Positions 8,374 to 16,013 of a stretch of DNA of 39,794 nucleotides are shown piece by piece (the first letter of the stretch is position 1; the number at the start of each line of letters is the position of its first letter). Both the position numbers and the translations under genes were made by a program. The stretch covers positions 1 through 39,794 of the IMG/VR virus record IMGVR_UViG_3300049023_000163; one strand, written 5' to 3'. The DNA comes from a virus (lineage: Duplodnaviria; Caudoviricetes). The notes below the pieces were generated by a model. That model saw only the letters and a list, made by a program, of their open reading frames with translations, did not search any database and had not been told where the DNA came from.

Positions 8374-10212
8374 TTACATCAAAGTCTCCACGCAGCGCTC
8401 CACCAGGAACTTCATCACCGGCGGTGTTACTGCGTTTCCGAGTTGTTTCACTTTTGATTTTGAATCACCGAGCACGATGTAGTCTTCATCGAATGCCATC
8501 CCGAGTTGAATCTCATGTGGTAGAAGCATCCGATAATAGCAGTCTTCGAGTTTTGGTTTCTCATACGGCTGTTCGATGAGCATTGCACGTTCTTTGGTTG
8601 ACGCTGTGCGCATCGCCTCCGTGATGTGTGACGCTACGTTAGATCCTCCATAGTAGTAGGAGAGGAATGAATTGAAGGCCTTGTCTGTCAGGATCCCGTG
8701 GCGCTCGCGGGTAGTCATACCCCCAAACTCTTTCTCAGATGAATGTGGCAGCGACTTGCCATTGCCGACGGTGATGATCGGTGTTAGTAATCCTGCGCTT
8801 TCTTGCGTTGTCTGGGTGAATCCTTCATCTGTAACAGGTTTGATTCGGCCAGTATATTCTCCGGTTGTAATGAGTGGAGGAACAACAACTGCTTTGTCCT
8901 GCAATGTGGTCTGAGTGTTGACAACTTGTAGGCTGGATCTTTCCAAACCTTTACCGGTCTTGTTTGAGGTGTTACTGGTGTTAACAATCAGCGGAGCTTG
9001 GAAGATTGCATGATGATCAGCGGTTGTATGTGCGCCGAGTTCATGATCAGCTGGCTTTGCTGCATGTTTTGCTTCGAAGTTTCCACCGAAGTTCTTAATC
9101 ACCAATGGCGGACTGAACAAGCTTTCACGTGCTTCAGTCATCTGTGGTGCTAGTGCGTCGTGCGAGGATTTCACGCGAGACCCTATGCCTGAGATATATC
9201 TCCCGGAGATGATCGCAGGTTTCAGGATACCGACTGCAGCGTTTTGCGGCTGTGTTGTGAGTGAATCATCAGAAACAGACTTCACACGGAAGTCAACACC
9301 TGATGAGTACTTCACATTGATAAACGACGGTTCATTCCAATACTTATCGATACCGTACTGACAGCGCTCTTCTGTTTTGGGCGATAGACGTCTCTTTCGA
9401 TCGCCGATACGTGTTCCTGGACGAGACCAGTCGATCACATTGAATGCAGCGTAGAAGTATGGCTCTACGATCGAATGGCAATCGGGACATTTGAACACAT
9501 ACTGAATGCGATACTTGCCGATGGTCTTCGTCGGGTTCTTCCAGTGTTGATATGCTTCAACGTTTTTGCAACACTTCACGCATGGAGCAATTGGTTGATG
9601 TTCGAGATCCGGCGCTTTGTTTCCTTTCTTCCAGAAGACACAGTACATGCGATCGCGTGACTGTGGAGTAGGATGGAAGTGCATGGAGTTGAAGTACTTG
9701 ATCTGGTGATTGTATCCAAGCTTATCCATTGCCATCAGCCAGACGTCAAACAATTCCCATTTACGGGCTTCTACGACGTTCTCCACGATGATGATCTCAT
9801 AGCGATGGTATTCCGCGAATCGTGGTACATCGAACATCGTAGCGCGTGAACGATCTTCAGCCTCTTCCCATGCGAACTTCCCAGACAACGCTAGTTGGTT
9901 GCCGTAGATTTTCTTCTTCGCATGGCCACCGCCAGCCGGTGAGTGCACCGTACATTCAGGAGATGTGATGAGGATGGTAGTGCTTCCAAATCGACGAGGA
10001 TCTGAACTGCTGATATTCTCACATGCGTGTTCGGCCTCCGGGAAATTGGTATTATGTGTCTCGATCGCCAGCGGCCAGTGATTCATCGCGAGCTTTACTT
10101 CGAGACCGGTGTTCAGTTTCTTCTCACGGGCAACGAGACGAACGCCTTGTGAACTTCCCCCAGCTCCGCAGAACTGATCGGTGACGGTTATTGTACTTCC
10201 TTTACGTGGCAT
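8374..10212 (-). CDS. dcm: C5 cytosine DNA methyltransferase
   Basis: DQFCGAGG (I), SPEC (IV), IVENV (VI), PQSRDRMY (VIII), QLGNAV (X). Confidence 0.93.
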   Translation of the reverse strand: MPRKGSTITVTDQFCGAGGSSQGVRLVAREKKLNTGLEVKLAMNHWPLAIETHNTNFPEAEHACENISSSDPRRFGSTTILITSPECTVHSPAGGGHAKKKIYGNQLALSGKFAWEEAEDRSRATMFDVPRFAEYHRYEIIIVENVVEARKWELFDVWLMAMDKLGYNHQIKYFNSMHFHPTPQSRDRMYCVFWKKGNKAPDLEHQPIAPCVKCCKNVEAYQHWKNPTKTIGKYRIQYVFKCPDCHSIVEPYFYAAFNVIDWSRPGTRIGDRKRRLSPKTEERCQYGIDKYWNEPSFINVKYSSGVDFRVKSVSDDSLTTQPQNAAVGILKPAIISGRYISGIGSRVKSSHDALAPQMTEARESLFSPPLVIKNFGGNFEAKHAAKPADHELGAHTTADHHAIFQAPLIVNTSNTSNKTGKGLERSSLQVVNTQTTLQDKAVVVPPLITTGEYTGRIKPVTDEGFTQTTQESAGLLTPIITVGNGKSLPHSSEKEFGGMTTRERHGILTDKAFNSFLSYYYGGSNVASHITEAMRTASTKERAMLIEQPYEKPKLEDCYYRMLLPHEIQLGMAFDEDYIVLGDSKSKVKQLGNAVTPPVMKFLVERCVETLM

Positions 10213-10514
10213 GGTAGAATTTCCTTTTGAAAGTTTAAATGATATGGATTGTAAATAAGACCTTCTGGGATGCCGAAGATCTGCATTGGTTGTCCAGCAA
10301 AATGTGCGACGATGATATCGGCTATTGATGTGCTTCGTATATCAACACTGCTTATATCCTTGGTATTGACGACTTTGGTCACCCGTGGATTATCCGGATG
10401 ATGGACAACGATGTTACCCTGGATGCGAGTGAATCGGAGATCCTGCATTGCCGGGAATGGTTTGCCCAGCGTAGCGCATGGAAGGCTGCACTTTAGCTTT
10501 AGTGTCTGTTGCAT
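10188..10514 (-). CDS. Hypothetical protein (start uncertain)
   Basis: Fills gap before Dcm; overlaps upstream ORF. Confidence 0.5.
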   Translation of the reverse strand: MQQTLKLKCSLPCATLGKPFPAMQDLRFTRIQGNIVVHHPDNPRVTKVVNTKDISSVDIRSTSIADIIVAHFAGQPMQIFGIPEGLIYNPYHLNFQKEILPCHVKEVQ

Positions 10515-10776
10515 AGTTTTTGATTCGTTGTAGGTAGTCATTAAACCAGTCGATGATTTCATTCACGAACTCGGGGTTACGGTTCGCGAAGTACTCTGCT
10601 TGCTCCTGGACTGCTTCATTGCTGAACAGTGGATAGTAATGCGTGTATCGGAGATTGAACCAGAAATAAAGAAGGGCGATGTCTACGCCCTTCTCTATAA
10701 CCTTGTGTGCCTCCATCATCTCCGGCGTCGGTAGCTGCCGGATGATGTTAAGTGCTTTCATTTTGTCCTTTGTCAT
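10414..10776 (-). CDS. Hypothetical protein
   Basis: ATG 10776 directly follows upstream stop. Confidence 0.6.
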   Translation of the reverse strand: MTKDKMKALNIIRQLPTPEMMEAHKVIEKGVDIALLYFWFNLRYTHYYPLFSNEAVQEQAEYFANRNPEFVNEIIDWFNDYLQRIKNYATDTKAKVQPSMRYAGQTIPGNAGSPIHSHPG

Positions 10777-10777
10777 C

Positions 10778-11038
10778 TCAGCGCTCGTTTCTGAATTGTT
10801 CAATCAGTTCTCCTTGCCGGATAGCGTGGCTATTACGTTCTAGATACAGGTCCTCCGCCGTGGTGCCAGTCATCTCTTCATAAGCGCGCCGGTCATCCTC
10901 ATCATCAAGAATATCGTCGATTTGCTCCTGAGTTTCATCAATCAATTCCTCGATCGCGCGACGGTTCTCATCATCGGAGGATTGCGCCAACTGCATGCGT
11001 AAGTCCGCTAGTTTTCTTTTCAGTGCACGTATTGTCAT
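10778..11038 (-). CDS. Acidic coiled-coil hypothetical protein
   Basis: ATGA coupling. Confidence 0.7.
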   Translation of the reverse strand: MTIRALKRKLADLRMQLAQSSDDENRRAIEELIDETQEQIDDILDDEDDRRAYEEMTGTTAEDLYLERNSHAIRQGELIEQFRNER

Positions 11039-11259
11039 TTTCGTTTTGTGTTGAAGTGAATTTTCAGAAGATCCTGCAGTAGTTCAGTGGCCTTAGCTTC
11101 ATCAGCCTCTGAACAATGGAAATGGTGGACAATCCGATCAACAGTGCAGCAGATTGTCAAGCTTGGAGCCGCGCCATGCGCGAGTGTTAATTGAATTACC
11201 AAGAACTCCGGCATATTGAGCTTCCGTAGTGCGGCAAAGATTCTCTGTGCTTTTGTCAT
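11035..11259 (-). CDS. Hypothetical protein
   Basis: ATGA coupling on both ends. Confidence 0.7.
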   Translation of the reverse strand: MTKAQRIFAALRKLNMPEFLVIQLTLAHGAAPSLTICCTVDRIVHHFHCSEADEAKATELLQDLLKIHFNTKRK

Positions 11260-11645
11260 AACTGTTGCAGTTTGAGGTCAATGAATTTGTCCAGGGTATC
11301 ATGGAAGTTCTCCGCATCGATATCCGGATACAAGGTTTCGAATTCTGTGGCTATCATTGATGCCAGCGCTGCGCGTGAGAGATCGCCACCCAGATGTTCG
11401 ATGACTTTCAGCTTCTCCCAGTGTGGTGGGTATTCGTGGTGCTCCGGATCAGCGAGGAATTGATTGAATGCACAGGAGACGACGAACAACGTTTCATTGT
11501 ATAGCCTGGTGACCGTTACCTCAACGACACACCATACACCGTTTACTTTCTTAACCTGGATTGGATTGTATGCCCACTCCAAGTTTTTGCCAAGGGCAAC
11601 CAGCGCCGAGAATGGCGTGTTATTGCCTTCAAAGTAGATTTTCAT
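11256..11645 (-). CDS. Hypothetical protein
   Basis: ATGA coupling. Confidence 0.7.
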   Translation of the reverse strand: MKIYFEGNNTPFSALVALGKNLEWAYNPIQVKKVNGVWCVVEVTVTRLYNETLFVVSCAFNQFLADPEHHEYPPHWEKLKVIEHLGGDLSRAALASMIATEFETLYPDIDAENFHDTLDKFIDLKLQQL

Positions 11646-11920
11646 ACGGCAACGGTTTCCGGGATTAGTGCCGCGAAATGTACTTCAACTTCATAGTGAT
11701 GAAGCTCGTAATCCATTGCATCGAATGGGCATTCACGTGTGTACGTCCAATCAATCCACGCTTGCTTGTACTCGTCAATGGATTCATTGACCTCACGCGC
11801 GCGGAAACCCTTGGTGACGGCTTTGCGCTCGAAAGTGATCGCTGCGCTGAATAGCGTTTCGAATGCAATTGGAGCTTGAACAACGCCATGCTCGACCTCC
11901 TGTACGATAGTGATGGTTAA
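11642..11920 (-). CDS. Protein-like reading frame without a canonical 5' start codon
   Basis: LTITIVQEVEHGVVQAPIAFETLFSAAITFERKAVTKGF...IPETVAV*; stop overlaps the next ATG (ATGA at 11642-11645). Confidence 0.45.
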   Translation of the reverse strand, partial: LTITIVQEVEHGVVQAPIAFETLFSAAITFERKAVTKGFRAREVNESIDEYKQAWIDWTYTRECPFDAMDYELHHYEVEVHFAALIPETVAV

Positions 11921-11987
11921 GACAAAAAGAGACAGGCTGTGAACCTTTCTCCTGTTGTTTCGGATCGTGAATCCTCGTCAGTTAACC
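11915..11987 (-). ncRNA. Type I hammerhead ribozyme HH-D
   Basis: GGUUAA CUGACGA GGAU-ucacg-AUCC GAA ACAACAGGAGAAAGG-uucacag-CCUGUCUCUUUUUGU C^ UUAACC. Confidence 0.9.
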
Positions 11988-12203
11988 TTTCTTCTTTCCT
12001 TTGGTCCACTTCAATGGAATGGCGGACATTTGAGCATCTTCATCGAGATCGGGATTGAATAGATTCTCAACGCTCTCTGATTTTTCCAGTAGGGCAACCG
12101 ACACTTCAGTTACCGCATTATTCAAGAGATCGTTTGAAAGTGTAGGCACAGCTTTACGAATTGCATTTTTAATAGTCTTGTAGAAATCATTTTTTGAGTT
12201 CAT
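11982..12203 (-). CDS. Hypothetical protein (MNSKNDFYKT...)
   Basis: ATG follows the TAACCATAAAAACACAAAC leader; stop TAA lies within ribozyme stem I. Confidence 0.7.
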   Translation of the reverse strand: MNSKNDFYKTIKNAIRKAVPTLSNDLLNNAVTEVSVALLEKSESVENLFNPDLDEDAQMSAIPLKWTKGKKKG

Positions 12204-12217
12204 GTTTGTGTTTTTAT

Positions 12218-12280
12218 GGTTAAGACCTCCGGGTGACCCAGTCCCGAAGGTTTCGGCTATTGAAGCCTCATCAGTTAACC
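12218..12280 (-). ncRNA. Type I hammerhead ribozyme HH-C
   Basis: GGUUAA CUGAUGA GGCU-ucaau-AGCC GAA ACCUUCGGG-acuggguca-CCCGGAGGU C^ UUAACC. Confidence 0.92.
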
Positions 12281-12282
12281 TT

Positions 12283-12531
12283 TTAGATGAATGAGAATTC
12301 GACTTTGAGCCTTGCTTTCTGGTGTAGCATCTTGTCGATAGGTTCACCAAGTATTTCGCATATCTTGATCACCTCGTTCAATTTTGGAGTTGTCCTGCAT
12401 TCTTCGATTCTTGCGATGATCGTCTTGGTTTTGAAATTGCAAAACGATGCTAGGTCACGCGATGTCATTCCTTGCGCTGTTCTAACGGTCTTCATATTCT
12501 GAGCGAACCGTTTCAATTGTTCTTCATTCAT
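12283..12531 (-). CDS. XRE/Cro-CI family helix-turn-helix protein
   Basis: NMKTVRTAQGMTSRDLA...IARIEECRTTPKLNEVIKICEILG. Confidence 0.85.
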   Translation of the reverse strand: MNEEQLKRFAQNMKTVRTAQGMTSRDLASFCNFKTKTIIARIEECRTTPKLNEVIKICEILGEPIDKMLHQKARLKVEFSFI

Positions 12532-12543
12532 AACATTGCTGTT

Positions 12544-12948
12544 TTAACCTCGATGTCCCGGAAAGAAATCATCACCCAGATCAATGTCGGCCGTGACCTT
12601 TCCTCCAATATGTGTTCTGATTGCGCGATCGATGACCGCGTTACTGATTCCTGTATCCGGATCAAAGTGCTTTTTAAGGTTTCCTATGATGTAGAAACAG
12701 TCTTCCATCGTTAGAGGATAACCAAGAGCTTGCGCCCTCCTGGTTATATGTGACAGCCGCCAAAGTCCCTTGAATATGTGGCCGTCGTCCAGTGGCCGAT
12801 AGCTTTCAAAGATTTGAGTGTTGAAAGCTTCACGCACGGCGCGTTCACGCTCTTCAAGCCGTTGCACACGTGTTTGGTAAATGACGTACACCATAGCGAC
12901 CGCCGCCAGGAGCGCGAATACCAATACAGTTACTTCCCCGTTGTTCAT
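12544..12948 (-). CDS. Hypothetical membrane-anchored protein
   Basis: N-terminal hydrophobic helix; ATGA coupling. Confidence 0.7.
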   Translation of the reverse strand: MNNGEVTVLVFALLAAVAMVYVIYQTRVQRLEERERAVREAFNTQIFESYRPLDDGHIFKGLWRLSHITRRAQALGYPLTMEDCFYIIGNLKKHFDPDTGISNAVIDRAIRTHIGGKVTADIDLGDDFFPGHRG

Positions 12949-13154
12949 CTTGATATTTGTTTAGTTGTGAATGAGACCAATGATTTGACGATTCCCGAGA
13001 TCAGGAACTTCGCCAAGAAGATCAGCGCCGCGACAGCGCCAACGTTTACCGCCAAGATGCCAGCCTCGCGGATGATCACAATGATCGCCGGTAGGGCAAT
13101 CAATAAATGAGAAAGGAGCCGCGCGATGCGACTCCCGATGAGCTTCCGAAACAT
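12945..13154 (-). CDS. Small membrane protein (2 TM)
   Basis: Hydrophobic; ATG follows ribozyme HH-B leader. Confidence 0.65.
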   Translation of the reverse strand: MFRKLIGSRIARLLSHLLIALPAIIVIIREAGILAVNVGAVAALIFLAKFLISGIVKSLVSFTTKQISR

Positions 13155-13169
13155 AAAGAATAAAGTTAT

Positions 13170-13230
13170 GGTTAAGACTCCGAACGCTGGAAGCCCGGAG
13201 TTTCGCTTATTTAAAGCTCGTCAGTTAACC
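13170..13230 (-). ncRNA. Type I hammerhead ribozyme HH-B
   Basis: GGUUAA CUGACGA GCUU-uaaau-AAGC GAA ACUCCGGGC-uuccagc-GUUCGGAGU C^ UUAACC. Confidence 0.92.
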
Positions 13231-13491
13231 TAATGCAAATGGAATAGTACGCCGTTGTGTCGGCATTTTACGTAGACCTGTCGTCTCTATGATCCTGATC
13301 CGTTCAACACGAACGATCTTAAAATCCTGTGAGACATACAAAGCACAACCCGAAAGCCAATTCTTGTACTCATCACGGACACCCACACAAAAACAAATGA
13401 CGCCGTTCCAAGCGCCATTGTATTCTACCGTATCAACCGGAATAGTCACAAGCTTCGCGACCCGTTCCGAACATTCATCATCCAATACCAT
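13225..13491 (-). CDS. Hypothetical protein
   Basis: Stop TAA lies within HH-B stem I. Confidence 0.6.
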   Translation of the reverse strand: MVLDDECSERVAKLVTIPVDTVEYNGAWNGVICFCVGVRDEYKNWLSGCALYVSQDFKIVRVERIRIIETTGLRKMPTQRRTIPFALG

Positions 13492-13502
13492 TACATCAAG
13501 CG

Positions 13503-13685
13503 TTAAATCAGACTCAAAACAAATTTGAAATAATCATCCGGAACAGCTGATTCGTAGTACTGGTCAAGAATCCATTTACTGAACTCCTCGCGTTCGTAAT
13601 CATTTAAAGATTGATACCCTTTTCGGCTATCCTTACGATTACCGTTGAACCAATTGTCAATGATGTGTTGAAATTTCTCTTCCAT
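13503..13685 (-). CDS. Hypothetical protein (MEEKFQHIIDNW...)
   Basis: ATG follows the TAACCATAAACACAAAGATC leader. Confidence 0.7.
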   Translation of the reverse strand: MEEKFQHIIDNWFNGNRKDSRKGYQSLNDYEREEFSKWILDQYYESAVPDDYFKFVLSLI

Positions 13686-13700
13686 GATCTTTGTGTTTAT

Positions 13701-13754
13701 GGTTAAGACCGCGACAATGCGCGGTTTCGGATACTTAATCCTCATCAGTTAACC
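13701..13754 (-). ncRNA. Type I hammerhead ribozyme HH-A
   Basis: GGUUAA CUGAUGA GGAU-uaagu-AUCC GAA ACCGCG-cauugu-CGCGGU C^ UUAACC. Confidence 0.92.
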
Positions 13755-13756
13755 TT

Positions 13757-13981
13757 CTAGAAGTCGAAATTGATCTCAACAAGCGTTAAAGGAGTCATAT
13801 ACCTGAAATTGTTGATGTCATCGAATGCAACGCATTCGTAACGCTTCGACATTCGATCGTAATCGTTGCGCACATATACTTTAGTCTGGCCTTGCTTACG
13901 GAAGTAATCACCTCGTTTCACGTCACGTAGATACACCACGCGAACACCGACATCGTGCCTATCAATCGTTATTGCTTCCAT
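13757..13981 (-). CDS. Hypothetical phage protein
   Basis: LRDVKRGDYFRK...VYVRNDYDRMSKRYEC; ends 2 nt before HH-A. Confidence 0.7.
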   Translation of the reverse strand: MEAITIDRHDVGVRVVYLRDVKRGDYFRKQGQTKVYVRNDYDRMSKRYECVAFDDINNFRYMTPLTLVEINFDF

Positions 13982-14075
13982 ACTCTTTGTTGATTAAATG
14001 ATCATCAAGAAGAACTAGACCGATTGAGCCAAATACGGCCACAACCGATAGGATACTGAGAATTAAAATGAACAT
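13962..14075 (-). CDS. Small membrane peptide, probable first gene of the ribozyme operon (37 aa)
   Basis: My translation MFILILSILSVVAVFGSIGLVLLDDHLINKEYGSNND; leader CTAACCATAAAACACA-ATG. Confidence 0.5.
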   Translation of the reverse strand: MFILILSILSVVAVFGSIGLVLLDDHLINKEYGSNND

Positions 14076-14425
14076 TGTGTTTTATGGTTAGTGAACGTCA
14101 TTATATCAAATGTGTGTACGCACAAATGATCTAAGACCGCACGGTTTTCACGCCCTAATCACTATTATCACCCCAAAAGTTTTAGACCTTTTGACCTTCG
14201 TATTAATGTGCTCATCAACAGGTGATTACATCTTTAAATAACCCTTATCAAGGGCTAAGTTTAAGGTATTGCAAGTGATTGAATGTGAGGGGCTAAGAGC
14301 CCTTTCCTACTAATGTATTTCAGATTGGTCTACTCTTGTAAATATAGTGAGCCGTCAATCCCCGCGCGCAAGTCGGGTTTTTGGTCGTGCACCTTAATTT
14401 CAGAATGTCAATGAACGTGGTTGAG

Positions 14426-14509
14426 TAGAACAAATGTATTATAACAAATGATATAGTACAAGTGTTAAGTAAAATATTTTAGAACAAATGTTTCAATCGT
14501 CTATCTTTG
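14426..14509. promoter_or_regulatory. Divergent promoter region with three operator-like 16-mers
   Basis: TAGAACAAATGTATTA (14426), TATAACAAATGATATA (14440), TAGAACAAATGTTTCA (14480); minus-strand TACATTTG and plus-strand TATCTTTG (14502-14509). Confidence 0.7.
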
Positions 14510-14513
14510 TGGA

Positions 14514-14765
14514 ATGCACACAATCATTAAGGGATATAAGAGCGCGTCAGACTTCGCGACCCAATACACAGGCAAGCGTGGAAAGGTTGGAGTATCAAGA
14601 ACTCAAATGCACTTTGTCATTAAGAAGGAGATGACAAGCCCAGGAACGACCGATATAGACGTTCTAGAGATAGCGGGACATTACTATGTTAGATATCGTG
14701 GAGTGAACGATCGTAGCGTAGAAGTGATTACAATCAACGAGGCGAGCCAGGTAGCGCCAGTGTAG
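14514..14765 (+). CDS. Small hypothetical protein, possible DNA-binding regulator
   Basis: Lone plus-strand gene right after a TAnnTTTG element and operator cluster; SASDFA...GVSRTQMHFVIKK is loosely HTH-like. Confidence 0.55.
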   Translation: MHTIIKGYKSASDFATQYTGKRGKVGVSRTQMHFVIKKEMTSPGTTDIDVLEIAGHYYVRYRGVNDRSVEVITINEASQVAPV

Positions 14766-15164
14766 CCGCCGTTTGCTGGCATTTTACCGCGTTACTTGAC
14801 GCTTGTCAAGTAAACACATAATGACACCGTGACAGGTCGAAACCTATCTATTCACGCGCTTTCCCATCTATAGGAATGGACATCACAATGCGTATTTGCG
14901 TCTTTTGTATGACAAAAGGTGCAATCTACGTTTGAAGGTTTTCCGTCGACCTCGTGACCAAGGAATGGCGCGAGAATGCCAATGGAGCGGGAGTGAGGGG
15001 GGAGGGGGTTAAAGTTCGCGTTTCCCCATCGACCGCATGGCCCCCCTCAATTTACCAGATACTGGCGGTAGAAGCCCGGACATGCACCTTAAACAGAAGG
15101 ATATTTGGGAGTCACAAGTCTTGCTCCGGGAATATTCGAGACCGTGACGGTCGTAAACAGAAGA

Positions 15165-15392
15165 TTATTTGGAAGGTATCCATCCTGGACGTGGTCCAAT
15201 ACGTCCGTTGTTGTGCCAGAGGACGAGTCTTTCGGCGTAATCGATTTGGCGATCGGCTGCAGTACCTCTTTCACGGCTTTCAAGGATGTTGGCGGCGAGT
15301 CGGAGAGCGTCTTCGCACTGTTTGAGGATGAATTTGGTGTCAGCTTCAACGGTGGATCTGCTGGGTGGTGTCTTTGGCTTGAATTCCTCCAT
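15165..15392 (-). CDS. Hypothetical protein
   Basis: A-rich leader AAAAACC-ATG; last gene of operon. Confidence 0.6.
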   Translation of the reverse strand: MEEFKPKTPPSRSTVEADTKFILKQCEDALRLAANILESRERGTAADRQIDYAERLVLWHNNGRIGPRPGWIPSK

Positions 15393-15397
15393 GGTTT

Positions 15398-15526
15398 TTA
15401 TGTTGTTATGTCGTAATCGTCATCATCGTCAAGAAAGTAGTCGATGGCTTCAAGTATGGCGAAGGTGCCGAAGAAGCATGCTGCGGCTTTGAACATTGAT
15501 CCGAGGATGAGGAATACTGTTTCCAT
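15398..15526 (-). CDS. Small membrane peptide with acidic tail (42 aa)
   Basis: My translation METVFLILGSMFKAAACFFGTFAILEAIDYFLDDDDDYDITT; TAATG coupling. Confidence 0.5.
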   Translation of the reverse strand: METVFLILGSMFKAAACFFGTFAILEAIDYFLDDDDDYDITT

Positions 15527-15711
15527 TATGGTTTATCGTTTTTGATCTCAAGTCTTCTTGCTGCCCATACTTGTCGTGTTCCGTCTTTCCAGTCTATGAC
15601 GTAAGCTTCTTCGCCGTCGTCTTTTCGGAACTGGACGATGCCGGTGATCCTGGTGCGTGGGTCGGCGGCGGTGACGACGACAACGTCGCCTGGCTTGAGG
15701 CGATCGGTCAT
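15526..15711 (-). CDS. Small SH3/KOW-like protein
   Basis: LKPGDVVVV...TGIV...YVIDW pattern; coupled. Confidence 0.65.
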   Translation of the reverse strand: MTDRLKPGDVVVVTAADPRTRITGIVQFRKDDGEEAYVIDWKDGTRQVWAARRLEIKNDKP

Positions 15712-16013
15712 CTGTCTAGTTGTCTTTCTTCATTTAATCTTTTTGTTCTGTCGAATAAGGTTTCGCCATTCTCGGATGGTGGTACATATACTGCCACTAT
15801 TTTGATGTGTTTGACATTACGGCTGGCATTCCTGGCTTCTTCTTGGATGTTTTCGTATGCCATTTCGATGACTTCTTGTTCTCCATGGAATTCGGCTTCC
15901 TCTGACATTCGCAGGTCTTCTACTGGCATGTAGTTCTTGTGGATGCGTCGAAGTGTGCTGAGCATGTGGTTGAACTGCTCGGCTTGCTTGGTGGTGATCT
16001 GGATCTTTTTCAT
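15708..16013 (-). CDS. Hypothetical protein
   Basis: ATGA coupling. Confidence 0.7.
   Translation of the reverse strand: MKKIQITTKQAEQFNHMLSTLRRIHKNYMPVEDLRMSEEAEFHGEQEVIEMAYENIQEEARNASRNVKHIKIVAVYVPPSENGETLFDRTKRLNEERQLDR

Noticed and set aside
11665-11889. ORF MALFKLQ... with an AGGAGG upstream
   Set aside because: S/R-rich and unprotein-like; other genes here mostly lack Shine-Dalgarno motifs; the alternative frame shows ATGA coupling. Not fully excluded.
11915-13754. CRISPR array or integron attC cassettes as explanation for the intergenic repeats
   Set aside because: Spacing is gene-sized and irregular, no cas or intI is present, and the conserved bases match the hammerhead core exactly
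14426-14495. Operator as a host LexA SOS box (GAAC-N4-GTTC)
   Set aside because: Resembles the Gram-positive box, but no copy has both half-sites perfect and the host appears to be Bacteroidota; a phage regulator is more parsimonious
14954-15492. ORFs 14954-15325, 15089-15349, 15105-15416 and 15286-15492
   Set aside because: Overlapping shadow frames of the coupled genes 15165-15392 and 15398-15526
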